Made by a program: the position numbers and the translations under genes. Under the pieces are notes generated by a model that did no database searches, was not told the DNA's origin, and saw only the letters and a program-made list of their open reading frames with translations. This document shows positions 1 through 11,722 of a stretch of 64,000 nt of DNA, in pieces. The DNA is from Chrysomallon squamiferum (Eukaryota; Animalia; Mollusca): positions 24,614,001 through 24,678,000 of the forward strand of contig CM022679.1 of assembly GCA_012295275.1 (NCBI GenBank). The letters are read 5' to 3'. Numbering within the stretch: position 1 is the first letter of the stretch; every line of letters starts with the position of its first letter.

Positions 1-903
1 CGTCTAAAATATATATTTGTAAGTAATACCTACCAACAATTGGACAAAATAATTATATATTATAAACAATGTAAAAATAATTTTTGAGTATGTGGTTCTT
101 AATGAGGTGAGATTAAAATTATGTAAAGACAAAATACTTACAATTTTCTTATATACATAAATGTTTGCTTTGAACGGTAACCAACATATATAAATATATA
201 TACTACTGTCATGCTGTTATTTCAGGCAAACTATGAAATTTATTTTAAAAAACATGAAATATTAAAAATTCATACATAGCATCCCCATTTGATTGACACT
301 CAAGCTATGTGCACTACATGCTAAGATGTTCAAAAAAGAAGAGAAAAAAGTCCACACTTAAAATAACACGTTGAAGTGGGGATGGAAATTTTATTAAATT
401 TTATTTTTATTTTTATTTTTATTTTTATTTTTATTAATTTTTTTTTTTTTTTTTTTTCATTTTTTTATTATTTTTTTTTTAGTTCTTTTTTTCATTTTTT
501 TTTAGTAATATGCATTTTTCTTCTGAAAGATACATGATCACAAGCAACATATCTACCAGCAATGGTTTTATGCTCCATATGGTGTCTTTCTTCTTTTAAT
601 TTGTGTTAGAAGATGCATAATTGGCAAAATAATATTTTCTAATAAAAAAAGAAAGCTTAGGAAGAAACAGATTAAAATTAACAACATAAAGGGCCATCAG
701 TACTCTGATCTTATCAAAATAAACACATTCTGTATAAAAATACTTGACTGACTTTGTCATTATGTATAAGTATACATGAGAAAAAAGTTAAAATATACAT
801 TGAAATAATTATTGCTTATTTTAAAAGAATTATAAATACACTTTTATCAAAACACAAGTTATACAAAATATTATTTATTTTACAATATACATATATTCAA
901 CAA

Positions 904-910
904 ATGTATG

Positions 911-963
<53 letters not shown>

Positions 964-1025
964 GTATGTGTATATGTGTATATGTATATAAATATATATA
1001 TATATACATGCATATACATATATGT
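904..1025. repeat. (TATATG)n/(TA)n compound microsatellite
   Basis: Directly visible; explains the CICICI ORF at 754..1044. Confidence 0.9.
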
Positions 1026-1807
1026 AAAAATTAAAAGTCAGTAATATAAATTGCATAATGATGTCAGATGTAACAATGATGTTTCTTTCTGCTTAAAATA
1101 AATAAATAAATATATTGTTTTTTATTTTAGTTTATAGGTAGAGAATAGTGAATGTTCAGTTTAATATTTTCCATTACTGAATTTCCTTTTTCTTACAAGG
1201 AATGGCAATAGTATTGATAGCATTTTATGCATTTAATTTGCTGTTTAAAACTGAATGTGCAGACACAGCAGTGAATTATGAGAACAATCTATATTTCTGA
1301 TTTTCCGGTGATATTTTGACCTCAAAACTTTAATGAAAAGAGGTTGATGGCTGCAGAATAAAATTGCAAGTTTCTCTGTTGTTTGTTATTTTTCTTTTCA
1401 TTACCTTTTTTTAGAAAGATATTTAATGCACATTTAGTTTTTTTTAAATCATCTTTATTTTTTTATATGTAATATTTAAACCAGAGCATGTAATTATAAA
1501 ACTTTAAGTAAAACAAATAACAAAAATATTATATAAAAATTATTTTTAAAAATCAAATAAATGATTTAAAACACAATTTGTTTAAAAAAATAAACGCATA
1601 AATAACAGATTTAATACTTTAAAAAAGGTATATGAGAAATGTATTATGTATAAATATGTTTAGGAAGTAATATTTTCTCATATGTAATTTTTACTATTAA
1701 ATATTCTGCAGTATATTTCTTGATCTGTGTTGAACTCATGTGATTTTGTCAGTCCACTGCACTAATTGTTTTTCAGTTTCTCATTGCATATCTATAACTG
1801 AAAACGT

Positions 1808-4271
1808 TTATGCTAAAGTCATGGATCTGTAGTTCTGTATATTCATTGATCTGAAATACAAAAAGAAAATATCTTTACATCATTTATAAGTAGTTTAAAT
1901 TATTGACATTTTACAGAGATTATACTTTTTTTCTTTCTTTTTTTTTTAAATACCAAAATCGTAGCAATTATTCATATAAATTATTTAAAAAAATTAAATT
2001 ACACCGTTGTAATACAGTAACAGAGAAAAGGAAAATTTTAGACTTCACATAAAATCATGATCTTGTTACTTATAATACTTTATTATTATGAAAAATTGGT
2101 TACCACAAATATTTTCTGTATTCTTCTATATATTTGTTTTATATTTGTTATGTGTAAATAACAACAGCTGATATAAAAACAAGACATCAAATTACATATG
2201 AAATGAACAAAGCCACTAAATCAGATATTTAATAGCAATAATAATAACTTCAATAATTTCTCATGAAAAACAAAAACAATAAGTAAAAGAAATGGATGAC
2301 ATACCTTGTGACCATGTGATCTACTATGGAGATAACTGGTCTGGACTTTGGACCCTGTGATGGAATAAATGTCTTTCCACTCTTGTTGACCACATTGATT
2401 GGACGCTGGACTTTAACTCTGTAGAGATCATTGGAGTGAGCTGGGTATGGATCAAATGTTCCAGCTTTCATTCCTCCCGGCTAACAAATAAATGTTAAAA
2501 AAATAAAAAAACAGTTTTAACATCATTAGATGTTCATCTTTGTTTTACTTGATATTTAATTAAAGAAGAAATTTGTATTCAAAAGGGTGCACTGAACATA
2601 TTTTTTGACAAGTGATTATATGATAACAAATGATATTATATGGTAAGGACCAAAGATTCAAAAGAAACTCAGTTTTCAGTTAGCAGCAACAATCTTTTAC
2701 ATGCACCTTCTAATAGGAAGGGATGTAGATGTCACAACATTTAAAAAAAATAATTATGGAGCAACTAGAATGACAAATGGCAGCACCAAGGAGGATTATC
2801 TGACACATCACCTTCATATGTGATATTTAATTGTTAAATCTTTTAAGACCATATTTACTTATTTGGATGAACCATAATTTACAATTTTACAGCTTATTTA
2901 ATTATTAATTTGATATCTATGATATACATAATTAAAGATAAACGAAATTTTTAAGTTAAACCATTGATAAATAAAATTTTACACTTCAACCAGTTAGCTA
3001 TAAATGAAATCTTACATTTCGACCAGTTAGTTATAAATGAAATTTTACATTTGAACCAGTTATATATGAAATTTTACATTTGAACCAGTGATAAATGAAA
3101 TTTTACACTTCAACCAGTGATAAATAAAATCTTACACTTCAACCATTTTTAAAAAGAAAGCTTACATTTCAACTAATGGTCAGTAAAATCTTACACTTCA
3201 ACCATTTTTAAAAAGAAAGCTTAGATTTCAACCAGTGGTCAGTAAAATCTTACACTTCAACCAGATATAAATGAAATCATGCATTTCACCCAGTGATAAA
3301 TAAAATCTTAGTCCTGTGACTAATGATAAATAAAAATCTTACATTTTTGCCAGGTGAGCTTGGTTTAAATGGTTTCAGATCTTTGTTTCTCAGTGAGCCT
3401 GCAGACAGAGATTTCCTCAGTGGTGGCAGTTGTTTGTCTGATCTGTAGGGGTTTGGTTCAAAGAAATCCACTGGGTGCATGTTGAGACGGAAAGCTCCTC
3501 CTTTCAGTGCTGCCTTGTGTGCTTGTAACTCTTTCTGTATTTCAAATCAAAATTAAGTATTAAATAAATAAATATGTGCATCTGTATATAACTCTTTCTA
3601 CATATCAAATCAAAATTAAGTATTAAGTAAATGAGTGCAAGTAAATGTGTGCATCTATTTATAATGCTTTCCATATTTTAAATCAGAATTAAATATTAAT
3701 TATTTAAATGTATGCATCTGTATATAACTCTTTCTACATATCAAATCAAAATTAAGTATTAAGTAAATGTGTGCATCTATTTATAACACTTTCCATATCT
3801 TAAAAGAGAATTAAATAAATGTAATCTATATATCCATCAAATCTAAATTAAATAAATAATCATTTTTAATATATTTATGTGTTTGCAAATGCAAATATCT
3901 ACATAAGTATATATAAATCCATGAATACATTTCTGTAAGTACATATGAGTATGTAAATATATTCATCTCTACTTTTGTCTGAATGTATATTAATGGAAGC
4001 CTCCATGCATAACTTTTTCTGTTTTTAATTTGTAAACAGTTTATACATATTTATAAATCCAAAATTGAAAAATACTAAGAAATCATTCACATTACAAACA
4101 TTGTGTAAGGACATTAAAACTGATTTCTTTAAGATAATTTGAATGTTACCACATCTTCTAGACAAATTTAAGAATTATTAAATTCTTTCATATTAAATTG
4201 ATTAAAATGTTAAAACAAAATATTTTGTTGATTTTCATTATCTAGATAAAACTAATTACTATTTTAAGTGC

Positions 4272-4305
<34 letters not shown>

Positions 4306-7300
4306 GCAGTTGTTTTGGATGATTCATCTTTTAAAAAGATTAAAAATAAATTTATAAATGTAAAATGGAAATGAAAAAAGCATGAAAGAAGCAAACACAA
4401 ATCAAAAAGAGGCATAAGCAACATAAATATTATGAAAACATGCAGAACACAACAATTAACTTCTAAGTGATGAAATCTAAATGAATTTTCATTGTTTTAA
4501 AAATAATTATTTGTCAGTGATTTAGTAATCGTGACTACAGACATTTCCTGTTAACATTACAGCAAACTTTACTAACAATTTATTGTTACTGGATATTAAT
4601 TATGATTTTGATAAATTAAAATTTAATATCTGTCATTTTATTTTATTACTTTTATTTTCTAAATTATTATTATGAATATTACAGTTATTTTTGTAATTCT
4701 ACAACTATTAATTCTGACTTAATATATTAGCAGTACTCTAAAAGTATAAAAAAGCTCTGTCTGACTGTATGTCTGTATGTCTCTGTCTGTCTGTGGGTGT
4801 GTTTGAAAACAATTTAATAAAGTATAAGTCTGTCTCTCTAACTACCGTCAGAAAGTTTCTCTAACAGCTATTAATTGAAAAATGAATTCTTAGAAAATAA
4901 GAAAAATTAATAACTATTTAAAATAACATTTTTCATCTTCAGTAAAAAAGAAAATGAATACCTAGATATTTACTATGTTTTATTATCTCCAAGAAGCATT
5001 CCAGTAATTAATATTTTTAGCATTTCTAATACTTTTCAACTTAAATTGATGTTAAATGTTTTAGTTTTTAAAATATTTTTGGAGTAGTTATAAGTAATAA
5101 ATTAAATTTCTAAAATTTTCAGTATTTTCTAATAAAAATCCTTTTTAGGTAATATTTTCAGATAAACTATTAACTAATTAAATTTAAAACTTTCTTTGTA
5201 CATTATTAAATTAAAAAATGACAAAGAAATTCAGTTTAAAACTAGAATTACATATTAAATGAATGAACATGTAAAAAGAATTGTGATGTTTTCAGGATTT
5301 TTTTTATTCTTCTTATTGTCCATTGTAAATAAATAAAAAGATTTATAATCTTTATTCAGATTTTAATAAACTGAAAGCAATAAATGCTATTTAACAACAA
5401 AATAGCTAACATATAATGCAATAATATTTGGCTCAAAAGCTGACAAACATAAAAAAAAAATTAAAAAATAAAAATTAATTTAAATAAAATAAATAAACCC
5501 AAAACGAAAGCTGAATTTTCAAAAAAACAGCAAACCTTCAGAAGCTCTCTTGGCCGAAAATATGCATCAGGCAAGTTTTTCGGGTACTCACCAATTCCGA
5601 CATTAGCATAGCTAAAAACAGGGGCAAAGTTAACTGTTAGTCATGTGAACAAAACACAGAACAGTGACCTGTAAGTGTACTCAAACAAGAATGTTAAAAT
5701 TTTATATAAAAAGTTTTTGTCAGGTTAAATCATATATATGCAAATAAATAACAAAGCAGTGAAAATTCTGAAAAAAAAAACAATGCAAAGGAAATTACTT
5801 CTGTCTTAATGGAAAGACCCCACAACTAACAAATATTATTGTCAGTGGCAACAAGAAACTGCAGTTTGTGTCCAAGACAGATTAGCTAAAACTTAATGGA
5901 TTACGTGAAGATGATATTTCACCTATGACATGAAGCCAATTGATACACCATGCCAGCAGTGTCTGAATTTAACAGGATATTAAATGAGGTTATTAACTTG
6001 ACTTAATCATATCAAACTGGTTAAGGCTATATGGTAATACATACTGCCTGTAAGAGATTCATCTCAAATTAGTGATTATAAGAATGTCAATATTCCAGGA
6101 ATTTTAATCTAAGTGTGGCATGATTGACCTATGCTAGATGGAAATGTTTGGAAATATCTAGTTGCATGAATACTAATACTTTACTTGACCAGTTGATATT
6201 TATTAGTTTTATATATAATTTATTTAAATGTTACTGACAAAACAATAAAAAATAAATTCCATATGATCTTATGTGCATATGGTACAATGCATTTCATTAC
6301 CATAGTTTATTTGGCAAAAGAAAATGTTGATGTTTCAGTTGTGTTAAGAACATATTGTGTGTTTAGTCAACACAGTGATTTCATTTGTCATTAAAATATT
6401 CAGAATTTATCAGATGACTGTAAAAATCTTAATTCACTCTGCATTCATTTTGCTTTATTTTGTTAAGTTTTATTTGTTTTGCACACTTTTTTATTGATAC
6501 TGAACAAATCACAGTTAGCCTCATTAGCTTTTCACACATTCATTTTAGATCAAAATGATTAATTATTAATTTAATCAGTACAAATACTGACTGCCTCTGC
6601 ACAAATTTTGATACAGTTACAAATATTTAAATAACATTTGTTTTTTTTAGAACAATTTTATAGTCCCTTTTGTGCAAATCGGATTTGCATCCCTTTGTTC
6701 AAATCTTGATTTGATCTGTACAGTTTTCGATTTTCATTGTACAAATGTGGATTTAGTTTTTGAATTTCAAATGTGGATTCAGTTTGCACTGAATTTGATT
6801 GGTTTTGCACAAAGTTTGTTTTTTCTTTGCAGAAATATGGATTCAGTTTGTGCAAACAACAGTTTGCTTTGTTAAACAGTCAGTGAGTGTGCAGACAACA
6901 TACACTGCAAATGAACAGTATGCTACAATAATCAATAAATTGTTAAATGAAAATATTAGCAAAATGAAACCTGCTAGCCAAGAAAAGAGTTAGCTGAAAA
7001 ACAACTGAGTACAGGAATGTGAAATTTAGTAAATGCTAGTTTAAAAATAAAAAAATATATAAAAAATTGAAAAGAACACACATGGGTGAGTGCAGAATAT
7101 ATAGAAATAAAATTATTATAATTTTTCTCTTTTTTGTGCATTTTTTTTTTTACACTCAACACACCCTCAATTTGTCTCTGCCACTTTCGTAATTTTCACT
7201 CAAGTTGGGTGGATATTTGCCAAGAAAAACATGTGGATATCTGAAAACAAGTCATTCCGTGTGTATTAATAATTTCAGACTGACATTTATACAGACAAAC

Positions 7301-8820
7301 AATACAGTTGAAAATTATATAAAAGAGATGTTATACTTACTATACCAGTTACTATTAAATTATATATATAATTATTAAACGATCTTAAAAATGGTTTCAC
7401 AATCAAAAAAATATTGGCACAGTAATAAATATTATTATGATGCCAGTGTTAATATTAGGCATATTTTAAAATATTATAACAATAAATATAATAAATCAAA
7501 CTATTGATGTTTTTTGTTTTGAATTATAGTAACCAAATTTTAATTTCTTAATTGTTCTTAAAAAGTCTAACTAGTTCCAATTATTTTGAACTATATTTCT
7601 TTTTAAATGAAATGAAAAAAATAATAAACTGCTTCATGCTCAAAAATATAATTCAACATTCAAAATGCAAAATGCAAAGACAAAGATTTCTATTTTGATA
7701 ACTAACATGCAATTAACATGCATGAAAAATGAGCAATAACCTAGCCAAAACGCATTTTTCTACTTTAATATTTTTATATACTTTTTGTTTAAATTAAAAT
7801 TATTTAATATTTTTAATATCCTTACCCATAGCCTGTTCTATTATTTGTATACTTTTTTTTTACATTAATTAAAATAATTTAATATTGTTAATCAATATAC
7901 CCATTTACCTTATGTTTTATTTTACCTTTATTTTTATTTATTTTTTAATTTCAGTTAAAATAATTAAATACTGTTAGTCAATATACCCATAGCCACTTAG
8001 TTCCCTTAGTATTTATTTACAATTTTTTAATTAAATTAAAATAATTTAATATTTTTAATAAACATACCCTTAGTAGTTGTTTTCTTTTGTTGTTGTTCTT
8101 TTTTATTTGTTTTAAATAAATTAAAATTTTTGTTTATGAACTTACCCATAGCCAGTTCCCTTCTTTCCTGGATTTGTCAAAACATTTTTTCCTGGAGCTT
8201 TGTAAGGTGGACCAGGACGAGGGGCTGGAGAAAAGAAAGTCACAGGTCCACCAATAGTTCCATAGTAACTACCCAGTCCAGATCTGTCAAATTAACATAA
8301 AAACTTTCAGAAATACACAGTTTAAACTGAAAATTAATACAGATCTTAAAAAATATGTACAAATGTGTGTGTATACCAATATATGCATGCATAAATATAA
8401 ATATATTCACAAACATAGACACACAAGCATATATATACATATGGTACAGTCACACATGCATATAACTTGTAATGTATGTGTGGGTGTGTCTACCTGATAA
8501 ATGTACATGTGTATGTATGTATGTATGTGTGTGTATCTATGTTTGTGTCGGTGTCTATATGCATGTATGTATGTTTACATATAAGTTGGTGTGAATGTAA
8601 TTTTCTACATAACTAGGTCTGTAAATATATGTATGTATGAAAGAAAGAAAAAAGGAAGTTATCTATTTATCTAAAGATACGACTGGTTTGTGTATCTGTA
8701 AGTGAATAAGTATGTCTTCCATAAAGTCGTATACAATGGTTTGGTATACTTGTTATCTTAAAGCTAAAATACTAAAAATAATATTAAATTAATTAGCATC
8801 ATCACAATAATAACAATGAC

Positions 8821-8852
<32 letters not shown>

Positions 8853-9729
8853 AAAATCATAAAAATGACTTACGGTTTCTTTTCACCATTACTTGGAAGG
8901 AAAGCTTTACCAATATTCTTCAATGCTTCTTTCTGTCTGTACATCCTCCTCATTCTTATTGGATCACTGTATGCCTCAGACTCAAGAATTCGTGAAAATT
9001 TATCCGAAAAGTAACCAGCTTGAGTAGCAGCTTTTTGTTTGCTTCCACCTGGCAGCATTTGCTTCCCTTTGCTAGCAGCATCATTGAAAGCAACTAGAAT
9101 ATACATTTAAAAAAATCAATAACAAACTTTTTATTATCATCTGAAATTTGAAAAAAAAATTCATATATTTTGGGGGTTTTTAATATAATTTTTTTTTTTT
9201 TATGAAGGATTTGCAAGCTTGCTAGTTCAGTTTTTAAATTTATTTTTGTTTGATTTTTTTTTTTTTTTTTTTTTTTCTTGTTTCTAGTTCTTTAGTTGCA
9301 TTTCTTTCTTTTTTTCTTTTTTTTTTCTTGATATATATGTGGGGTGTATCTTTTGTTGATAAGACACATGACATTTATAAAAACATTTATTATTGACATT
9401 TTCAAGTTGAATTAAGCTCAATTTAATTTCTCTCATTCACTGCATTTTCATTTTTTTACATTTCAGCAACTGCTGTGATACTTTCAGTGCATCTGTTTGT
9501 CTCCATGTTTCTCTGTCTGTATATGCTTCTATAATGTATTAACTAAAAACAAATTAAAATATATATTGTGATGTTTACATTAACTGTATATACATTTCTT
9601 TAAATAACTGCTTGATAATCATGTATAATACTTACACGCGGCGGATGATCTGTATTTATCTCCAAGTGTAACATATTCCATCTCTTGAAAGAGACCAACT
9701 CTTTCCATATCACTTTTCTTGTCACCCAT
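1808..9729 (-). CDS. CFAP96: Cilia- and flagella-associated protein 96 (C4orf47 homolog), 7 coding exons, 312 aa
   Basis: Exons 9729-9636, 9093-8874, 8283-8146, 5611-5536, 3534-3343, 2480-2305, 1850-1808. All introns are GT-AG and phases join to 939 nt. Peptides MGDKKSDMERVGLFQEMEYVTLGDKY, FNDAASKGKQMLPGGSK, AFLPSNGEKKP, GLGSYYGTIGGP, TNPGKKGTGYGYAN and FKPSSPGKNPGGMKAGTFDPYP match recalled human C4orf47. Confidence 0.92.
2945..3355 (-). repeat. ~30-bp minisatellite (~14 units) whose unit is the CFAP96 exon-5 donor junction
   Basis: + strand unit aaatcttacacttcaaccagtgataaat; the last unit (cttacatttttgccag, 3338-3353) is the genuine exon/intron boundary. Confidence 0.85.
3526..3850 (-). repeat. 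~60-70-bp tandem repeat (~5 units) whose unit is the CFAP96 exon-5 acceptor junction
   Basis: Units taactctttct..atcaaaattaagtatt..gtgcatct start at about 3526, 3589, 3662, 3725 and 3784; the first overlaps the real acceptor. Confidence 0.85.
7790..8160 (-). repeat. ~80-bp degenerate tandem repeat (5 units) containing copies of the CFAP96 exon-3 donor
   Basis: (c)ttacccatagcc-like words at about 7821, 7897, 7984 and 8064, plus the true donor at 8141-8153. Confidence 0.75.
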
Positions 9730-9899
9730 CTTCTTGGATTTTAAGTTATTCTTTACAAGGGATGAAACAGTTTACACACAGAAAGATTTATCCTCAGAAA
9801 CAATTAATCGTTTTAATATATTCAGAGAACTTTGGCTATGACACGCTTTCTTTGAAATCTATCTAATAAAATGATATAAAGAAAAAGGGAAAAACATCA

Positions 9900-9990
9900 G
9901 CTGCACATTGTTGAAATAATTGCTATGGAGATCCGTAGGTGCGCATGACGGAAGTGAAGTAGTTTTCTCCCTCTGTTGGCGGAATGTTCG
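9900..9990. promoter_or_regulatory. Putative bidirectional promoter of CFAP96 and MRE11 with RFX X-box-like, NRF1-like and ETS motifs
   Basis: Local CpG enrichment between the divergent genes. ATTGCTATGGAGAT 9919-9932 (revcomp ATCTCCATAGCAAT, X-box-like), TGCGCATG 9940-9947, CGGAAGTG 9949-9956. Confidence 0.6.
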
Positions 9991-11722
9991 AGTTCATTGA
10001 AATAATGTTTTTCTGTCAGTATTATATTAAATGAAATAATATGAGTGCATATTCACTTTTACTTTTTCAGATGCACTTCAAATAAGCGAAATAATTAAAA
10101 TTTCATGACAGTGATATTATTCTGTACTTAACAATGAAAAATAGTAAATCGAAAGTTCATTTTACAGGGGGAGATAATACAATTTAAATGTCTTATCTTG
10201 AAGACGGATGGTGAGCGGGAATTTGACAATTCTATATAATTTTATACACTGTTAGAGGAATGCACTTCGATGATACTGAATCTACCACTATTTGATAACC
10301 ATTTACAAATATACATTCTAAAATCGGTAACAAAATATTAAAAGTATAAAATGTCAAGTTAAAATAAAAATGAAAATAATGAAAATAAAAATCATGTTAT
10401 ATTTTCAATTTCGAGATATTTTCCAAATAAGTTTTAATTTAATTATGCATGTGACAGTATTGAAGCGTGATTCAGAAATATTTAGTACTAAAAACGTGAT
10501 TTTGAAAAAATTGTGATGTTTTAATTAAAAAGAACAGAATTAATGAGGGAGTGTATTTCGTCTGTGTTTATCAAAACACGTAAAATAAAAGTGTATTGGT
10601 AACATTTATTATCTTCTAACCCATCAGGAAACTTACATATTTGAATCCAAAAATTACAATAAACAAACAAAAAACTAGGATTCTCTATCATAAAAAAAAT
10701 ACACATAACATTAACTAACAAAACAACAACATATTTTCCCACTGTTCCACAAAGATGAGAAAATACTGCACACTGGCAACCCAGTTGTATTTAAACTGAG
10801 TGACATATCTTCCAGTGTAAATTGGTGTATACAATGTAGATTTGATCCTATGATTTTATTCGCTGACAACCATAATGTTATATCACTTCAGCCAACTCAT
10901 TCAACAGCATAATAGATTTTCTAAACACATATCACAAATTATCAGCCTCTAAAGTAAACAGTGACAAAAAGATAAGTCAAAATTTAAAAAAAAAAAAATT
11001 GATATAAAACCTGTATGTGAAATATTTCATTATACACAATAATCATAAAATATATTTCTTTGCTGATATATCTTATTTTATTTATAGGAATAGTTTTTTT
11101 TTTTTTTTTTTTCAGTAACAGTAAAATAAATGCTTTTGATCATTACCAAAATGTCTAATGGAATTTATGTTTCCTGTTATTAATATTTGCATCTCATTTT
11201 GAAGAATTAAAGATTATTTATGGTTGTATTTGAACATGTGTATTTGTGTGGTTATTTAAATTCATGGCTATTTCATGAATTTAAAAGTACTAACTTTTAT
11301 ATACTGATATTTAAAATTATTATATACACTGTTTTCTTTTTACCTAATTCTGGAATTTAAATAGAAGATTAGTCTTACTTTAATACTGGATATGATTTAT
11401 ATTGTAGCACATACACAAATTAATATTTATGTTCCTGAATCTTAATACTTTTTTTTTTTTTTTTTTTTTTTATTTATTTATTTTTTTTTTTTTTTTTTTT
11501 TTTCTAGATGTTAATATAACAAATTCAGTATCTGGTAGAAGAAAATATGATGATTGAATACTTATTTTCAAAAAGTAAATAAAAAGATTCATTTTTTTCT
11601 TCTGCATATTAATATGTTAAAACCAAAAAGTGGTTGAAAATATCATGATGAAATACATATTTCCTTAATCTTAAAAAAAGAAGTTCTTTCTTTTTCCCAG
11701 ATAATAATACTGTGAATCCAAG

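Noticed and set aside
754-1044. Low-complexity ORFs (CICICI here; also LSLSLS 40504-40686, CVCVCV 50073-50291, poly-I/poly-Y 58891-59377, and many F/I/L-rich ORFs)
   Set aside because: These are translations of microsatellites and AT-rich intron or UTR DNA. Only the real exon segments embedded in some of them are retained in the gene models.
2945-3355. ~30-bp periodic array as a possible CRISPR array
   Set aside because: The units are contiguous and degenerate with no unique spacers, there are no cas genes, and the context is a eukaryotic intron.
4735-4870. Possible Helitron-like 5' end (tctaaaagtataaaaaag followed by (ctgt)n)
   Set aside because: No convincing 3' hairpin or CTAG terminus found; needs a repeat library.
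6430-7200. Segment rich in tttgcac/gtgcaaa words with overlapping short ORFs
   Set aside because: Probably an old non-autonomous repeat, but I could not define TIRs or a TSD, and the ORFs have no recognisable domain.
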